Shown piece by piece: positions 18,115-27,539 of a stretch of DNA of 64,000 bases (position 1 is its first letter; every line of letters starts with the position of its first letter). The notes below the pieces were generated by a model, which worked only from the letters and a program-made list of their open reading frames with translations, was not told the DNA's origin and did no database searches. The stretch is from an uncultured Solirubrobacterales bacterium (GTDB lineage: Bacteria; Actinomycetota; Thermoleophilia; Solirubrobacterales; 70-9). Where the stretch lies: the NCBI GenBank assembly GCA_963795665.1, contig CAWCIP010000016.1, forward strand, positions 15,930 to 79,929, read 5' to 3'. The translations under genes were made by a program, and so were the position numbers.

Positions 18115-18948
18115 GTGAGCGCGGAGCGAGCGGTTGAGCCGATGGCTGCGGAGGCCCGGGGCGAGGCGCCCGGCCGCGGACGGCTCGAGGATCGGCGCAT
18201 CCTGGTGGTCGGCGCCGGCCAGGAGGACCACGGCCTGGAGGACCCGCCGATCGGCAACGGTCGCGCCATGTCAGTGCTCTTCGGGCGGGAGGGCGCCTCG
18301 GTCGCGGTCGCCGACCTGAACGAGGAAACCGCGAAGGCGACCGCCGAGCTGGTGCGGGCCGAGGGCGCGACCGCCGAGGTGATCGTGGCCGACGCCGCGG
18401 ACGAGGAGGCGAGCGCTGCGATGTTCGAAACGGCCACGAAAGCGCTCGGCGGGCTCGACGGCGTGGTGATGAATCTCGGCATCGGAGCCGGCCTCGGGAT
18501 CGCCCACACCAGCACGGAGGACTGGGACCGGGTGATGGCGGTCAACCTCCGCTCGCACTTCCTCGGATGCAAACACGGCCTGGCGAGAATGGGCGATGGC
18601 GGCGCGATCGTCCTGCTCGGCTCAATAGCATCGCGCGAGGTGATGCCCTTCCCGGCCTACGCCGCGTCCAAGGCGGCACTCGAATCCCTCTGCCGCCAGT
18701 CCGCTGTGGAGGGCGCACCGCGCATCCGCACCAACCTCCTGCTGCCCGGCCTGATCGACACCTCGCTCGGCCGGCTCGCCTCGCAGCTCAGCCCGCTGCG
18801 CGACCAGGTCAAGATCCCGGCGGGGCGGCAGGGCAGCGCCTGGGAAGTTGCCTACGGAGGGCTCTACCTGCTCTCGGGGGAGTCGAGCTACGTGACCGGC
18901 CAGAGTCTCGTCGTCGACGGCGGCCTCACGGTGGGCCCGAGGGCATGA
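18115..18948 (+). CDS. SDR family oxidoreductase
   Basis: ILVVGAG...IGNGRA Rossmann region and YAASKAAL (YxxxK). The start is uncertain (GTG 18115 or ATG 18142). Confidence 0.8.
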   Translation: MSAERAVEPMAAEARGEAPGRGRLEDRRILVVGAGQEDHGLEDPPIGNGRAMSVLFGREGASVAVADLNEETAKATAELVRAEGATAEVIVADAADEEASAAMFETATKALGGLDGVVMNLGIGAGLGIAHTSTEDWDRVMAVNLRSHFLGCKHGLARMGDGGAIVLLGSIASREVMPFPAYAASKAALESLCRQSAVEGAPRIRTNLLLPGLIDTSLGRLASQLSPLRDQVKIPAGRQGSAWEVAYGGLYLLSGESSYVTGQSLVVDGGLTVGPRA

Positions 18949-19505
18949 GCCCCGATCCCCGCATCCCGCCGCTCCCGCCGGAGGAATGGGACGGCGACCT
19001 GAAGAGGGTGCTCGAGGCGGTGCCCCCCGGAATCGAGCGGCGGCTCGGGGACAACAACATCTTCCCGACCTTTGCGCGGAACCCGGAGCTGTTCCGGGTC
19101 TGGCTCCCGCTGGGCGGATACCTGCTGGCGGCAGGCAAGCTCTCCGGCAGGGACCGTGAGCTGCTCATCCTGCGCACCGCCGTCAACTGCGAATCCTCGT
19201 ACGAGTGGGGGCAGCACGTGCGCATCTCGCTGGACGGCGGGATCGAGCGAGAGGCGATCGACCGCGTCCTGGAGGGCTCCGAGGCCGAGGGCTGGACGGC
19301 GCACGAGGCGGCGCTGCTGCGGGCCGCGGACGAGCTCCACGAGGGCTCGCGCGTCTCGGACGCGACCTGGAAGACGCTCGCCGAGAGCTACGACCAGGCG
19401 CAACTGATCGAGGCCACGATGGTCGTCGGCCACTACCACATGGTCGCCTTCGCTCTGAACAGCTTCGACGTGGAGCTCGACGAGGGCCTCGAGCCGCTGC
19501 CGTGA
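18945..19505 (+). CDS. carboxymuconolactone decarboxylase (AhpD-like) family protein
   Basis: ATGA overlap with the SDR stop. RELLILRTAVNCESSYEWGQHV is typical of the CMD family. Confidence 0.8.
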   Translation: MSPDPRIPPLPPEEWDGDLKRVLEAVPPGIERRLGDNNIFPTFARNPELFRVWLPLGGYLLAAGKLSGRDRELLILRTAVNCESSYEWGQHVRISLDGGIEREAIDRVLEGSEAEGWTAHEAALLRAADELHEGSRVSDATWKTLAESYDQAQLIEATMVVGHYHMVAFALNSFDVELDEGLEPLP

Positions 19506-19951
19506 AGCCGGTCAGCGTCTCGATCGAGGTCCCGACCTCGACCCAGCAGGTGTACGAGTTCCTCGAGGTCCTCGGAAACCACGAGAGCTTCATGGACCAC
19601 TTCATGGTCGATTGGAAGCTCTCCGGCCCACCGCGAGGCGTCGGCGCCAAGGCCAACGTCCGGGTGAAGGCCACCGCCGAGAAGGACTGGACCGACTTCG
19701 AGATCGTCGAGGCGGACGCCGGGCGCAGGCTCGTCGAGGAGAGCATCGGCGGGCCGAACGCCAAGCGCCGCCTGCGAGGGACCTACCTCCTCGAGGGGCT
19801 GCCCGAGGGGGGCACCAGAGTCAACTTCGAGCTCGAGTTCCTCGAGCTGCCCACCGGCGAGAAGCTGATGGGCCCGCTCAATCGCGCCTACGTCAAGCGG
19901 GTGAACGGCAAGGCGATGAAGCGCCTCGCGGACCAACTCTCAGCTCTGTAG
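19502..19951 (+). CDS. SRPBCC (START/polyketide-cyclase-like) family protein
   Basis: GTGA overlap with the upstream stop. 149 aa. KPVSVSIEVPTSTQQVYEFL is typical of the fold family. Confidence 0.7.
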   Translation: MKPVSVSIEVPTSTQQVYEFLEVLGNHESFMDHFMVDWKLSGPPRGVGAKANVRVKATAEKDWTDFEIVEADAGRRLVEESIGGPNAKRRLRGTYLLEGLPEGGTRVNFELEFLELPTGEKLMGPLNRAYVKRVNGKAMKRLADQLSAL

Positions 19952-19969
19952 AGCTACATTGCTGCCTCG

Positions 19970-20452
19970 ATGCGGGTAGGGCAATCATTGATGGCACTCG
20001 GCGCGGCGGCGCTACTCGTGCTGGCGGCCGGCTGCGGCTCGGACTCGAGCGGAGAGAGCAGCACCGCCGCAGCGGTGTCGATCCCATCGCCGACATCGCC
20101 GATCCCGACCACGACGACGTCCAGCACCGCGGCCGGGGGCGGCAAGCAGAAGACCGCTGCGACGACGACCAGCGCGGGCGGCCCGACGGCGTGTTCGATC
20201 CCCGACGCCTACCAGGACTTCAAGTACACGGGCCTCGGCTGCACCGCGGCTCTTGCGGTGGCGCAGGCGTGGGATGCAAACGGGAAGACCTGCAACACGG
20301 TGGACAACCCCGAGTCGCCGATCGGCCCACAGCGGACCTGCTCCGTAAACGGCTACTCGTGCACCGCCAAGCGGGACGTCACCTCCGACGCCCGCTTCGT
20401 CACCTGCACGCAGGGCGCGCAGAGCATCCGCTTCACCTGGCTGCCTGCGTAG
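19970..20452 (+). CDS. lipoprotein, Thr-rich linker plus Cys-rich C-terminal domain
   Basis: Lipobox LVLAAGC. PTTTTSSTAAGGGKQKTAATTTS linker. Six further Cys in about 85 aa. Confidence 0.6.
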   Translation: MRVGQSLMALGAAALLVLAAGCGSDSSGESSTAAAVSIPSPTSPIPTTTTSSTAAGGGKQKTAATTTSAGGPTACSIPDAYQDFKYTGLGCTAALAVAQAWDANGKTCNTVDNPESPIGPQRTCSVNGYSCTAKRDVTSDARFVTCTQGAQSIRFTWLPA

Positions 20453-20688
20453 TAGCCGGCCACCGTGGCGCCCGGCTTGCGACACTACTCTCCGCGGTGG
20501 GTCGGCAGCAAAGATGGCTGACGAGCGCCCCCAATCAAATCCGCTGCAGCGAGCGGCCGCGCCTGTCGCGCGCGCCGGGCTGCGGGGCGCTCAGGGCCTG
20601 GCACGGCGGCTGGGACTCGACCGAGCCGTGGACCGCGGGGTGGATCGGGCGCTCGACAGCGAGACCGCGGCCAAGGCGACGGAGCGGC

Positions 20689-21375
20689 TTGCTGAAGACC
20701 GACACCGCCAACCGGGTCTGGGACAAGGTGCTCGAGAGCGATGAGGCCCAGAAGCTCGTCGAGCGGGTCGCCGAGGCGCCCGAGGTGCGTGCGGCGATCA
20801 CCTCCCAGGGCGTGGGTCTGCTGGAGGACCTGCGCAGGGTCGTGCGCAGCGTGGTGCGCAGGCTCGACACCGGGATCGAACGAGTGGCGCGAGCCCTGCT
20901 GCGAAGGCGGCCCCGTGAAGGCCGGCCCATCTATGCGGGGGTGGCCAGCCGCCTCCTGGCCCTGGCGATCGACGCCGGGGTCGTCTACGGGACACTTCTC
21001 CTGATCTCGACCGCGATCGCTTTCCTGGTCTCCGTCTTGGAATCCGGGGACCAGACGGCCGGCACCGTCGTGATCGCTCTCGGCGCAACCGTTTGGGCGC
21101 TGATCGCCGCGGCCTATCTCTTGATCCTCTGGTCCGGCGCCGGGCGAACCGTGGGTATGTCGTTCGTCGCCATCCGGATGCTGTCCGAGGACGGCAGCGA
21201 TGTCAGGCCGCGCCAGGCGTTCCGGAGGCTGATCTGGCTCGTTCTCGCGGCCCTGCCCCTCTTCCTCGGATACTGGGGCCTCCTCTTCGAGCACGAGCGA
21301 CGCGGCTGGCCCGATCGCAGGGCCAGGACCGTCGTCTGCTACGCCGATCCGGAGCTGGACCAGGACCTCGTCTAG
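20689..21375 (+). CDS. RDD family membrane protein (N-terminal part probably continues from 20514 in another frame)
   Basis: RDD-type TM core AGVASRLLALAIDAGVVYGTLLL...GRTVGMSFVAIRML. The upstream 76-aa ORF 20514..20744 looks like its displaced N-terminus. Confidence 0.6.
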   Translation: MLKTDTANRVWDKVLESDEAQKLVERVAEAPEVRAAITSQGVGLLEDLRRVVRSVVRRLDTGIERVARALLRRRPREGRPIYAGVASRLLALAIDAGVVYGTLLLISTAIAFLVSVLESGDQTAGTVVIALGATVWALIAAAYLLILWSGAGRTVGMSFVAIRMLSEDGSDVRPRQAFRRLIWLVLAALPLFLGYWGLLFEHERRGWPDRRARTVVCYADPELDQDLV

Positions 21376-21992
21376 GACGCGGCGGCCCGATCGCGCGCGG
21401 AGGCAGCCGCGACCAGGCCCATCGCCAGTTGCACCGCCTCGGGCTCGTCGAGGCCCTGCTCATGGACGAGCGACTGCCAGGTCGAGAACGCCAGCGCGTG
21501 CCCGATCGCAGCCTGGGCCCGCTTGCGAGCGTGGCCGCGAAGCCCGCGCCCGGCCATCAGGACGTCGCGGGCGGCGTCCATGTAGGCATGGAACGCCGCG
21601 AAGTGGCGTCTCACGTTCTCGTTCGTCGCCTCGTCCCGGATCAGGTTCTCCATCATCTGCTCCGTCCGCCCCCAGTAGGCATACAGCTCCCCGAGGGCGG
21701 CGCGCAGACGCTCCTTCGGGTCGTCGATCGCCGCCCACGCCCCGATGTCGGGCGGTGGATTGGCCGCATTCCAGTCCGCGCTGCAGGCCTCGAACAGAGC
21801 GGCCTCGTCCGGGAAGTGGCGGTAGAGGGTCGACCGGCGGACGCCGGCGCGCTCGGCCACCGCGCTCATCGAGGTATGGGCGGGCCCCACGGTTCCGTGC
21901 AGCTCGACGGCGCTCTCGGTGATCCGGCGGCGGGTCTCCGCCTCGAGCTCGGCTCGGCGCTTCTTGCGGTAGGGACGCTTTTGATCGGACAT
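21372..21992 (-). CDS. TetR family transcriptional regulator
   Basis: ATG at 21992. HTH TSMSAVAERAGVRRSTLYRHFPDEAALF. Confidence 0.85.
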   Translation of the reverse strand: MSDQKRPYRKKRRAELEAETRRRITESAVELHGTVGPAHTSMSAVAERAGVRRSTLYRHFPDEAALFEACSADWNAANPPPDIGAWAAIDDPKERLRAALGELYAYWGRTEQMMENLIRDEATNENVRRHFAAFHAYMDAARDVLMAGRGLRGHARKRAQAAIGHALAFSTWQSLVHEQGLDEPEAVQLAMGLVAAASARDRAAAS

Positions 21993-22008
21993 AGATGTCC
22001 TATGAATC

Positions 22009-22037
22009 TTGACAGATCGATCAGACCTGTGTATATA
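22009..22037 (+). promoter_or_regulatory. sigma-70-like promoter for the cupin gene
   Basis: TTGACA (22009-22014), a 17-nt spacer, then TATATA (22032-22037), in an AT-rich island about 40 nt upstream of ATG 22078. The spacer contains GATCGATC. Confidence 0.45.
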
Positions 22038-22077
22038 TTCGCGCGACATCACTGTCCGACTAAAGGAGAAGAAGGCA

Positions 22078-22584
22078 ATGGAAGCCACCAAGGCGAAGGT
22101 TGTTGGCCCGAGAGATGGAAAGGCCGGGTTCCTGGGGAGCATCGGCGTCCGATTCATGATCGATGGCGACGAAACCGACCGGGGCTTCTCGCTCGTCGAG
22201 CATCCGATGTCCCCGCGCGCTCTGGCCGCGCCGCTGCACAGGCACAACCGCGAGGACGAGTACACCTACGTCCTCGAAGGGAAGGTCGGGGCGCTGCTCG
22301 GTGACGAGGTTCTGGTCGCTGAGCCCGGTGACCTGGTCTTCAAGCCTCGCGACCAGTGGCACACCTTCTGGAACGCCGGCGACACTCCCGCGAGGATTCT
22401 GGAGATCATCGCTCCGGCGGGCTTCGAGGGCTTCTTCGAGGAGCTCTCGGACATGGGGGGAGCCATGCAGGCCGACCCGCAGGCCCTGGGTGCGCTCTGC
22501 CAGCGCTACGAGCTCGAGATGGAGCCCGACAGCATCCCGGGACTGCTGGAGCGCTTCGACCTGGTGATCGGCGAGCCCCTCTAG
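22078..22584 (+). CDS. cupin domain protein
   Basis: AAAGGAGAAG SD. Cupin motif PLHRHNREDEYTYVLEG...GD..F.P....H. Confidence 0.8.
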   Translation: MEATKAKVVGPRDGKAGFLGSIGVRFMIDGDETDRGFSLVEHPMSPRALAAPLHRHNREDEYTYVLEGKVGALLGDEVLVAEPGDLVFKPRDQWHTFWNAGDTPARILEIIAPAGFEGFFEELSDMGGAMQADPQALGALCQRYELEMEPDSIPGLLERFDLVIGEPL

Positions 22585-22874
22585 GGCTCCTCGAGCGCCT
22601 CGTTCGCCTCGGACCACCTGCCCGGCGGGACGCGCAGGGCGATGTCGCCCCGCCCGTACTCGTTGAGCGGATGGTCCGAGGTGATCACGGCCTCGTGCCC
22701 GGCGTCGGTGAGCTGCTGGCGCCAGGCGCGGGCCGTCTCGAGGTCGTCGAAGTCTCGGACGACGTCCCAGTCGTCATAGCTCGCGTCGCCGACCTTGAGC
22801 TCGGCGAGGCCGTCGGGATGGAGCGGATCAGTGCCGACGCCGAGGAGCTCGCGGAACTTGTCGCCGATGCCCAT
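22581..22874 (-). CDS. small acidic hypothetical protein
   Basis: 97-aa ORF. Shares a CTAG double stop with the cupin gene. No motif recognised. Confidence 0.45.
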   Translation of the reverse strand: MGIGDKFRELLGVGTDPLHPDGLAELKVGDASYDDWDVVRDFDDLETARAWRQQLTDAGHEAVITSDHPLNEYGRGDIALRVPPGRWSEANEALEEP

Positions 22875-22884
22875 TGGACGCAGG

Positions 22885-23727
22885 CTACGCGGCGGTCTGG
22901 ATGCCCGTTAGCTCGGCGGAGAGCTCGCGCAGCCGCCGCCGGGCTTCGGGGTCCTCCGCCTGTGGATGCGGCGCCGACTCGCTGGTGCCGTCGAAGTAGT
23001 GGCCGTTGACGCCATCCAGCTCGGGTGAGGCGATCAGCCGCATCGTCGCCTTGACGCCGTCCTCGAGCGGAGTCACGGGCTCGACGCCGGCTCTGCGGAC
23101 CATGTTGGTCGGCATGAAGGTGCCGGGATGCAGGCAGTTGGCCGTGACGCCGCTGCCCTCGAGCTCCTCGGCGAGATCGAAGGTGAGCATGACGAGCCCG
23201 ACCTTGCTCTGGCCGTAGGCCTGGATGCCGTCGTAGCGCCGCTCCAGCATCACGTCGTCGAAATCGATCGGCGCCTGGCCGGCCGAGGTCACGTTGACGA
23301 TTCGCGCCGGGGCGGAGCGCTCGATCAGCGGCAGCAGCATCCGCGTCAGCAGGAAGGGTGCGAGGTAGTTGACCGCGAAGCGCAGCTCGTAGCCGTCGCC
23401 ACTCTCCTCGCGATCCCCGTCCCCTCGCTCGGCGGCCCCCTCGGCCGTGGTCCCGATCCCCGCGTTGTTGACGAGCACGTCGATGCGGTCCTCGTCGAGC
23501 AGTGAGTCGGCCAGATCGCGCACCTCGTCGAGCGAGGAGAGGTCCGCCCTGCGCCACTGGAGCTCGCCTGTCGAGCGGGGGCGCAGCTCCTCGAGCAGCG
23601 CCTGGCCCTTCTGTTCGTCCCGACCGTGCAGGATCAGGCGGCCCGCGCCGGGCGCCAGCTCCGAGGCGAGGGCCTTCCCGAGGCCGTCCGTCGCCCCGGT
23701 GATCACGATCGTGCGCCCTTCAGCCAC
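22885..23727 (-). CDS. SDR family oxidoreductase
   Basis: GTG 23727 with a GGGGGAAGG SD. ITGATDGLGKALA and YGQSKVGL. The listed 524-aa ORF reads through the PPIase region in another frame. Confidence 0.85.
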   Translation of the reverse strand: MAEGRTIVITGATDGLGKALASELAPGAGRLILHGRDEQKGQALLEELRPRSTGELQWRRADLSSLDEVRDLADSLLDEDRIDVLVNNAGIGTTAEGAAERGDGDREESGDGYELRFAVNYLAPFLLTRMLLPLIERSAPARIVNVTSAGQAPIDFDDVMLERRYDGIQAYGQSKVGLVMLTFDLAEELEGSGVTANCLHPGTFMPTNMVRRAGVEPVTPLEDGVKATMRLIASPELDGVNGHYFDGTSESAPHPQAEDPEARRRLRELSAELTGIQTAA

Positions 23728-23756
23728 GGTCCCTGCCTTCCCCCGGCGCCACCGGG

Positions 23757-24215
23757 CTAATCGCTCAGTTCGACCTTCTCGATCACCTGCGGCTGGCTCG
23801 GCTTGTCGCCTGCGCCGGTGTCGGTCCCCTCGATCGCGTCGACCGCGTCCATGCCGTCGGTGACCTCCCCGAAGACTGTGTGCTTGCCGTCGAGCCAGGG
23901 CGCGGCGTCGGTGGTGACGATGAAGAACTGGGAGCCGTTGGTGTTCGGCCCGGCGTTGGCCATCGCCAGGGCGCCGCGGACGATCTTGTGCTGGTTGAAC
24001 TCGTCCTCGAAGGTGTAGCCGGGGCCGCCGGTCCCGGTTCCCTCCGGGCAGCCACCCTGGATCATGAAGTCCTTGATGACGCGGTGAAAGGTCAACCCGT
24101 CGTAGAAGCCGTCGCCGGCCAGCTTGCGGAAGTTCTCGACGGTCTTGGGCGCGTCCTCGTCGAAGAACTGGACGGTGATCGGGCCCGCGTTGGTCTGGAG
24201 GGTGGCCTGCGACAC
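23757..24215 (-). CDS. peptidyl-prolyl cis-trans isomerase, cyclophilin type
   Basis: [35 protein letters not shown]. Confidence 0.92.
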   Translation of the reverse strand: MSQATLQTNAGPITVQFFDEDAPKTVENFRKLAGDGFYDGLTFHRVIKDFMIQGGCPEGTGTGGPGYTFEDEFNQHKIVRGALAMANAGPNTNGSQFFIVTTDAAPWLDGKHTVFGEVTDGMDAVDAIEGTDTGAGDKPSQPQVIEKVELSD

Positions 24216-24234
24216 GTCTCCACCCTAACGAGGT

Positions 24235-24326
24235 GACGGCTTCGCCATCAGGTCGCGGCAGCATGCGGCCGCCCCACATAAGTCGCTCCGGGCTTCGCCC
24301 TCCGCTCCAAAGTGGAGCGACCTGGC
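24235..24326 (-). repeat. copy B of the ~90-bp structured intergenic repeat, directly 3-prime of the zwf stop
   Basis: See copy A. Lies between the zwf stop (24332) and the cyclophilin start (24215). Confidence 0.6.
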
Positions 24327-24331
24327 TGCCG

Positions 24332-25783
24332 CTAGCCTGCGCCGACGGCCTCGAGAGGACCCTCCGACACCCACGGCCGCCTCCAGCCGCCGTAGCCGTG
24401 CATGAGGTTCGACGCGCCCTCCGGCCCCCAGCTCCCCTTGCGGTAGGGCTCCAGGGCACACGGGTTGTCGATCAGCGGCTGCACGATCCGCCACGTCTCC
24501 AGCACGCTGTCCTCGCGCGCGAAGCTCTGCTGATCTCCGGCCAGCGCGTCGCCGAGCAGCCGCTCGTAGGGCCCGGGCTGTCCTCCGAACTGCTGATGGA
24601 AGAGTAGGTCGAGATGAACCCGCCGCAGGGATTCCTCGCCGGGCGACTTGGCCTCGAGCAGGACGCTGGCGCCGGGGTCGGGGTCGATGCGGACGACGAA
24701 CTCGTCCGTCGCCGGCGAGGGGCCTCCGCCGATCCCGATCGGCGGGGGGTTCTGGAGGATCACGCGGACCTCGGTGACCTTCTCGGCGAGCTCCTTGCCG
24801 GCCCGGATGAAGAACGGGACCCCTGACCAGCGCCAGTTCTGGATGTCGAGCCGCAGGCCGACGAAGGTCTCGGTACTGGACTTGGGGTCGACCCCGTCGA
24901 TCTCGCGGTAGTCCTCGTACTGCCCGCGCACGTAGCGGTTCGGGTTGATGTCCGGGATCGCCTTGAAGAGGTCGAGCTTGGCGTCGCGGATCGGGTCAGG
25001 GTCGGCGCCGGCGGAGGGCGGCTCCATCCCCACCAGCGCCAGCACCTGGAGCAGGTGGTTCTGGACCACGTCGCGGAGGCATCCCACGGCGTCATAGAAG
25101 CTGCCGCGATCATCGACGCCGAAGTCCTCGGCCATCGTGATCTGCACGGACTCGACGTAGCGGCGATTCCAGATCGGCTCGAACATCGAGTTGGCGAACC
25201 GCAGGTAGGTGATGTCCATCACCGGCTCCTTGCCGAGGAAGTGGTCGATCCGGTAGATCTGGTCCTCCTCCAGGACCTCGTGTATCTGGTCGTTGAGCTC
25301 GATGGCCGACTGAAGGTCGTGCCCGAAGGGCTTCTCGATCACGACCCGGGCGTCTTCCGTCAGTCCCGCGCTCCCCAGCTGCTCGATGACCGGGGCGAAC
25401 AGCGAGGGCGGGATCTCGAGGTAGAAGACCGGATGCTTGGCGAAGGAGAGCTTCTTCTTGAGCCGCTCGTAGGTGTCCTTCTCGCCGTAGTCGCCCGGGA
25501 CGTAGGAGAGCTTCTCCTTGAACTTCTTGAAGACGTCCTCGTCGATCTCCGGGGCACCCTCCTCGGAGGTCGACTCGATGGCCTCGCGCGCGTGGTCGTG
25601 ACATTGATCGTCGGTCCAGTCGTTTCGGGCGACGCCGATCACGGGCACGTCGAGCGTTCCGTTCTTGAAGAGGCTGTAGAGCGCTTTGAAGGTCATCTTC
25701 TTCGCCAGGTCCCCGGTGATCCCGAAGATCACCAGCGCATCGGCGGGTGGGCCGATCTTCCTGCCGTCGGATGCCTTCGCCAC
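24332..25783 (-). CDS. zwf: glucose-6-phosphate dehydrogenase (canonical motifs)
   Basis: [42 protein letters not shown]. Confidence 0.9.
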   Translation of the reverse strand: MAKASDGRKIGPPADALVIFGITGDLAKKMTFKALYSLFKNGTLDVPVIGVARNDWTDDQCHDHAREAIESTSEEGAPEIDEDVFKKFKEKLSYVPGDYGEKDTYERLKKKLSFAKHPVFYLEIPPSLFAPVIEQLGSAGLTEDARVVIEKPFGHDLQSAIELNDQIHEVLEEDQIYRIDHFLGKEPVMDITYLRFANSMFEPIWNRRYVESVQITMAEDFGVDDRGSFYDAVGCLRDVVQNHLLQVLALVGMEPPSAGADPDPIRDAKLDLFKAIPDINPNRYVRGQYEDYREIDGVDPKSSTETFVGLRLDIQNWRWSGVPFFIRAGKELAEKVTEVRVILQNPPPIGIGGGPSPATDEFVVRIDPDPGASVLLEAKSPGEESLRRVHLDLLFHQQFGGQPGPYERLLGDALAGDQQSFAREDSVLETWRIVQPLIDNPCALEPYRKGSWGPEGASNLMHGYGGWRRPWVSEGPLEAVGAG

Positions 25784-25842
25784 GTTCGGGAACCTACTGG
25801 ACGGGAATAGGATGCTCGCGTCAACGACGAAGGAGAGGACGC

Positions 25843-26862
25843 ATGGCCCAGCTCGGAATGGTCGGCCTCGGCAGGATGGGAGCGAACCTGGTCCGGCGTC
25901 TGATGCGCGACGGCCACGACTGCGTCGTCTACGACGTCAACGCCGACCCGATCAAGCAGCTGGAGGGCGAGGGTGCCACGGGCGCCGGCTCGCTCAAGGA
26001 GCTGGCCGAGAAGCTGGACGCCCCCCGGGCGGTCTGGATCATGGTTCCAGCCGGCGACATCACCGAGTCGACCGTCAAGGAGGTCGCCGAAGTGCTGGAT
26101 AAGGGCGACGCGATCATCGACGGCGGCAACTCCTACTACCGCGACGACATCCGGCGCTCGCAGATGGTGGGCGAGAAGGGCGTCGACTACATCGACTGCG
26201 GGACCAGCGGAGGCGTCTTCGGCCTCGACCGCGGCTTCTGCCTGATGATCGGCGGCCCGGATGAGGCGGTCGAACGCCTCGACCCCATCTTCAAGACCAT
26301 CGCACCCGGCGTCGATTCCGCCGAGCGCACACCGGGTCGCAGCGGGGACCCGGACACCGCCGAGAATGGCTACCTGCACTGCGGGCCGAACGGCGCCGGC
26401 CACTTCGTGAAGATGGTCCACAACGGGATCGAATACGGCGTGATGGCTGCGTACGCCGAGGGGCTGAACATCCTCAACAACGCGAACGCGGGGAAGGTGA
26501 AGCGCGAGATGGACGCCGAGACCGCTCCACTCGAGCACCCCGAGTACTACCAGTACGACCTGGACATCCCGCAGGTTGCCGAGGTCTGGCGCAGGGGGAG
26601 CGTGATCGGCTCCTGGCTCCTGGACCTGACCGCCGCCTCGCTGCAGGAGTCCCACGATCTCTCTGACTTCGAAGGCCGGGTCTCGGACTCCGGCGAGGGC
26701 CGCTGGACCTCGATCGCCGCGATCGAGGAGGGGGTGCCCGCCGGCGTGCTCACCACCGCGCTGTACGAGCGCTTCGCCTCACGCGACCTCGACGACTTCG
26801 CCGACCGGGTGCTGTCGGCGATGCGGTACCAGTTCGGCGGGCACAAGGAGAAGCCGAAGTGA
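25843..26862 (+). CDS. gnd: 6-phosphogluconate dehydrogenase, short (about 340 aa) decarboxylating type
   Basis: [27 protein letters not shown] Rossmann region. [14 protein letters not shown]. Confidence 0.88.
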   Translation: MAQLGMVGLGRMGANLVRRLMRDGHDCVVYDVNADPIKQLEGEGATGAGSLKELAEKLDAPRAVWIMVPAGDITESTVKEVAEVLDKGDAIIDGGNSYYRDDIRRSQMVGEKGVDYIDCGTSGGVFGLDRGFCLMIGGPDEAVERLDPIFKTIAPGVDSAERTPGRSGDPDTAENGYLHCGPNGAGHFVKMVHNGIEYGVMAAYAEGLNILNNANAGKVKREMDAETAPLEHPEYYQYDLDIPQVAEVWRRGSVIGSWLLDLTAASLQESHDLSDFEGRVSDSGEGRWTSIAAIEEGVPAGVLTTALYERFASRDLDDFADRVLSAMRYQFGGHKEKPK

Positions 26863-27539
26863 GCAGTCCTCACCGGCTCGAGGTGCTCGACACTCCCGAT
26901 GCGGTTCACGAGCGCGGGGCGGAGCTGCTCGCCGAGGCGGCCAAGCAGGCGGTCGCCGAGCGGGGCGGGGCCGAGCTCGCGGTCAGCGGTGGGAGCGATC
27001 CGTGGCCGATGTTCTCCCAGCTCGAGGACCTGTTCGGCGACTGGGACAAGGCCGAGGTCTTCCAGGTCGACGAGCGGGTCGCCCCGGCAGGCGATGACCA
27101 GCGCAACCTCACACACCTGATCGAGAGCCTCTCGATCGGCGCCCAGGGGAGCATCAGGCCGATGCCGGTCACCGATGAGGACCTGGACGCCGCTGCAGCG
27201 CGCTACGCCGAGTCCCTCCCGGAGCGGCTCGACATAGCCCATCTCGGCATCGGGCCGGACGGGCACACCGCCTCACTCGTACCCGGGGACCCTGTGCTGG
27301 AGGTGACGGATCGCCGGGTCGCCGTCACCTCCGGCGAGTACCAGGGCGTCCGCCGGATGACCCTCACCTACCCCGAGATCGAGAGTGTCCGCAGCCTGCT
27401 CTGGGTCGTCACCGGCGAGTCCAAGGTCGACGCACTGGCGAAGCTGATCGCCCAGGACCCGTCGACCCCTTCAGGCCGAGTCCAGCCGGGCGGCAACTCG
27501 CTGATCCTGGCGGACCGCGCCGCGGCGCCCGACGCCTAG
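26859..27539 (+). CDS. pgl: 6-phosphogluconolactonase
   Basis: 4-nt overlap with gnd. ELAVSGGS...FQVDERV...GIGPDGHTASL motifs. Confidence 0.8.
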   Translation: MSSPHRLEVLDTPDAVHERGAELLAEAAKQAVAERGGAELAVSGGSDPWPMFSQLEDLFGDWDKAEVFQVDERVAPAGDDQRNLTHLIESLSIGAQGSIRPMPVTDEDLDAAAARYAESLPERLDIAHLGIGPDGHTASLVPGDPVLEVTDRRVAVTSGEYQGVRRMTLTYPEIESVRSLLWVVTGESKVDALAKLIAQDPSTPSGRVQPGGNSLILADRAAAPDA

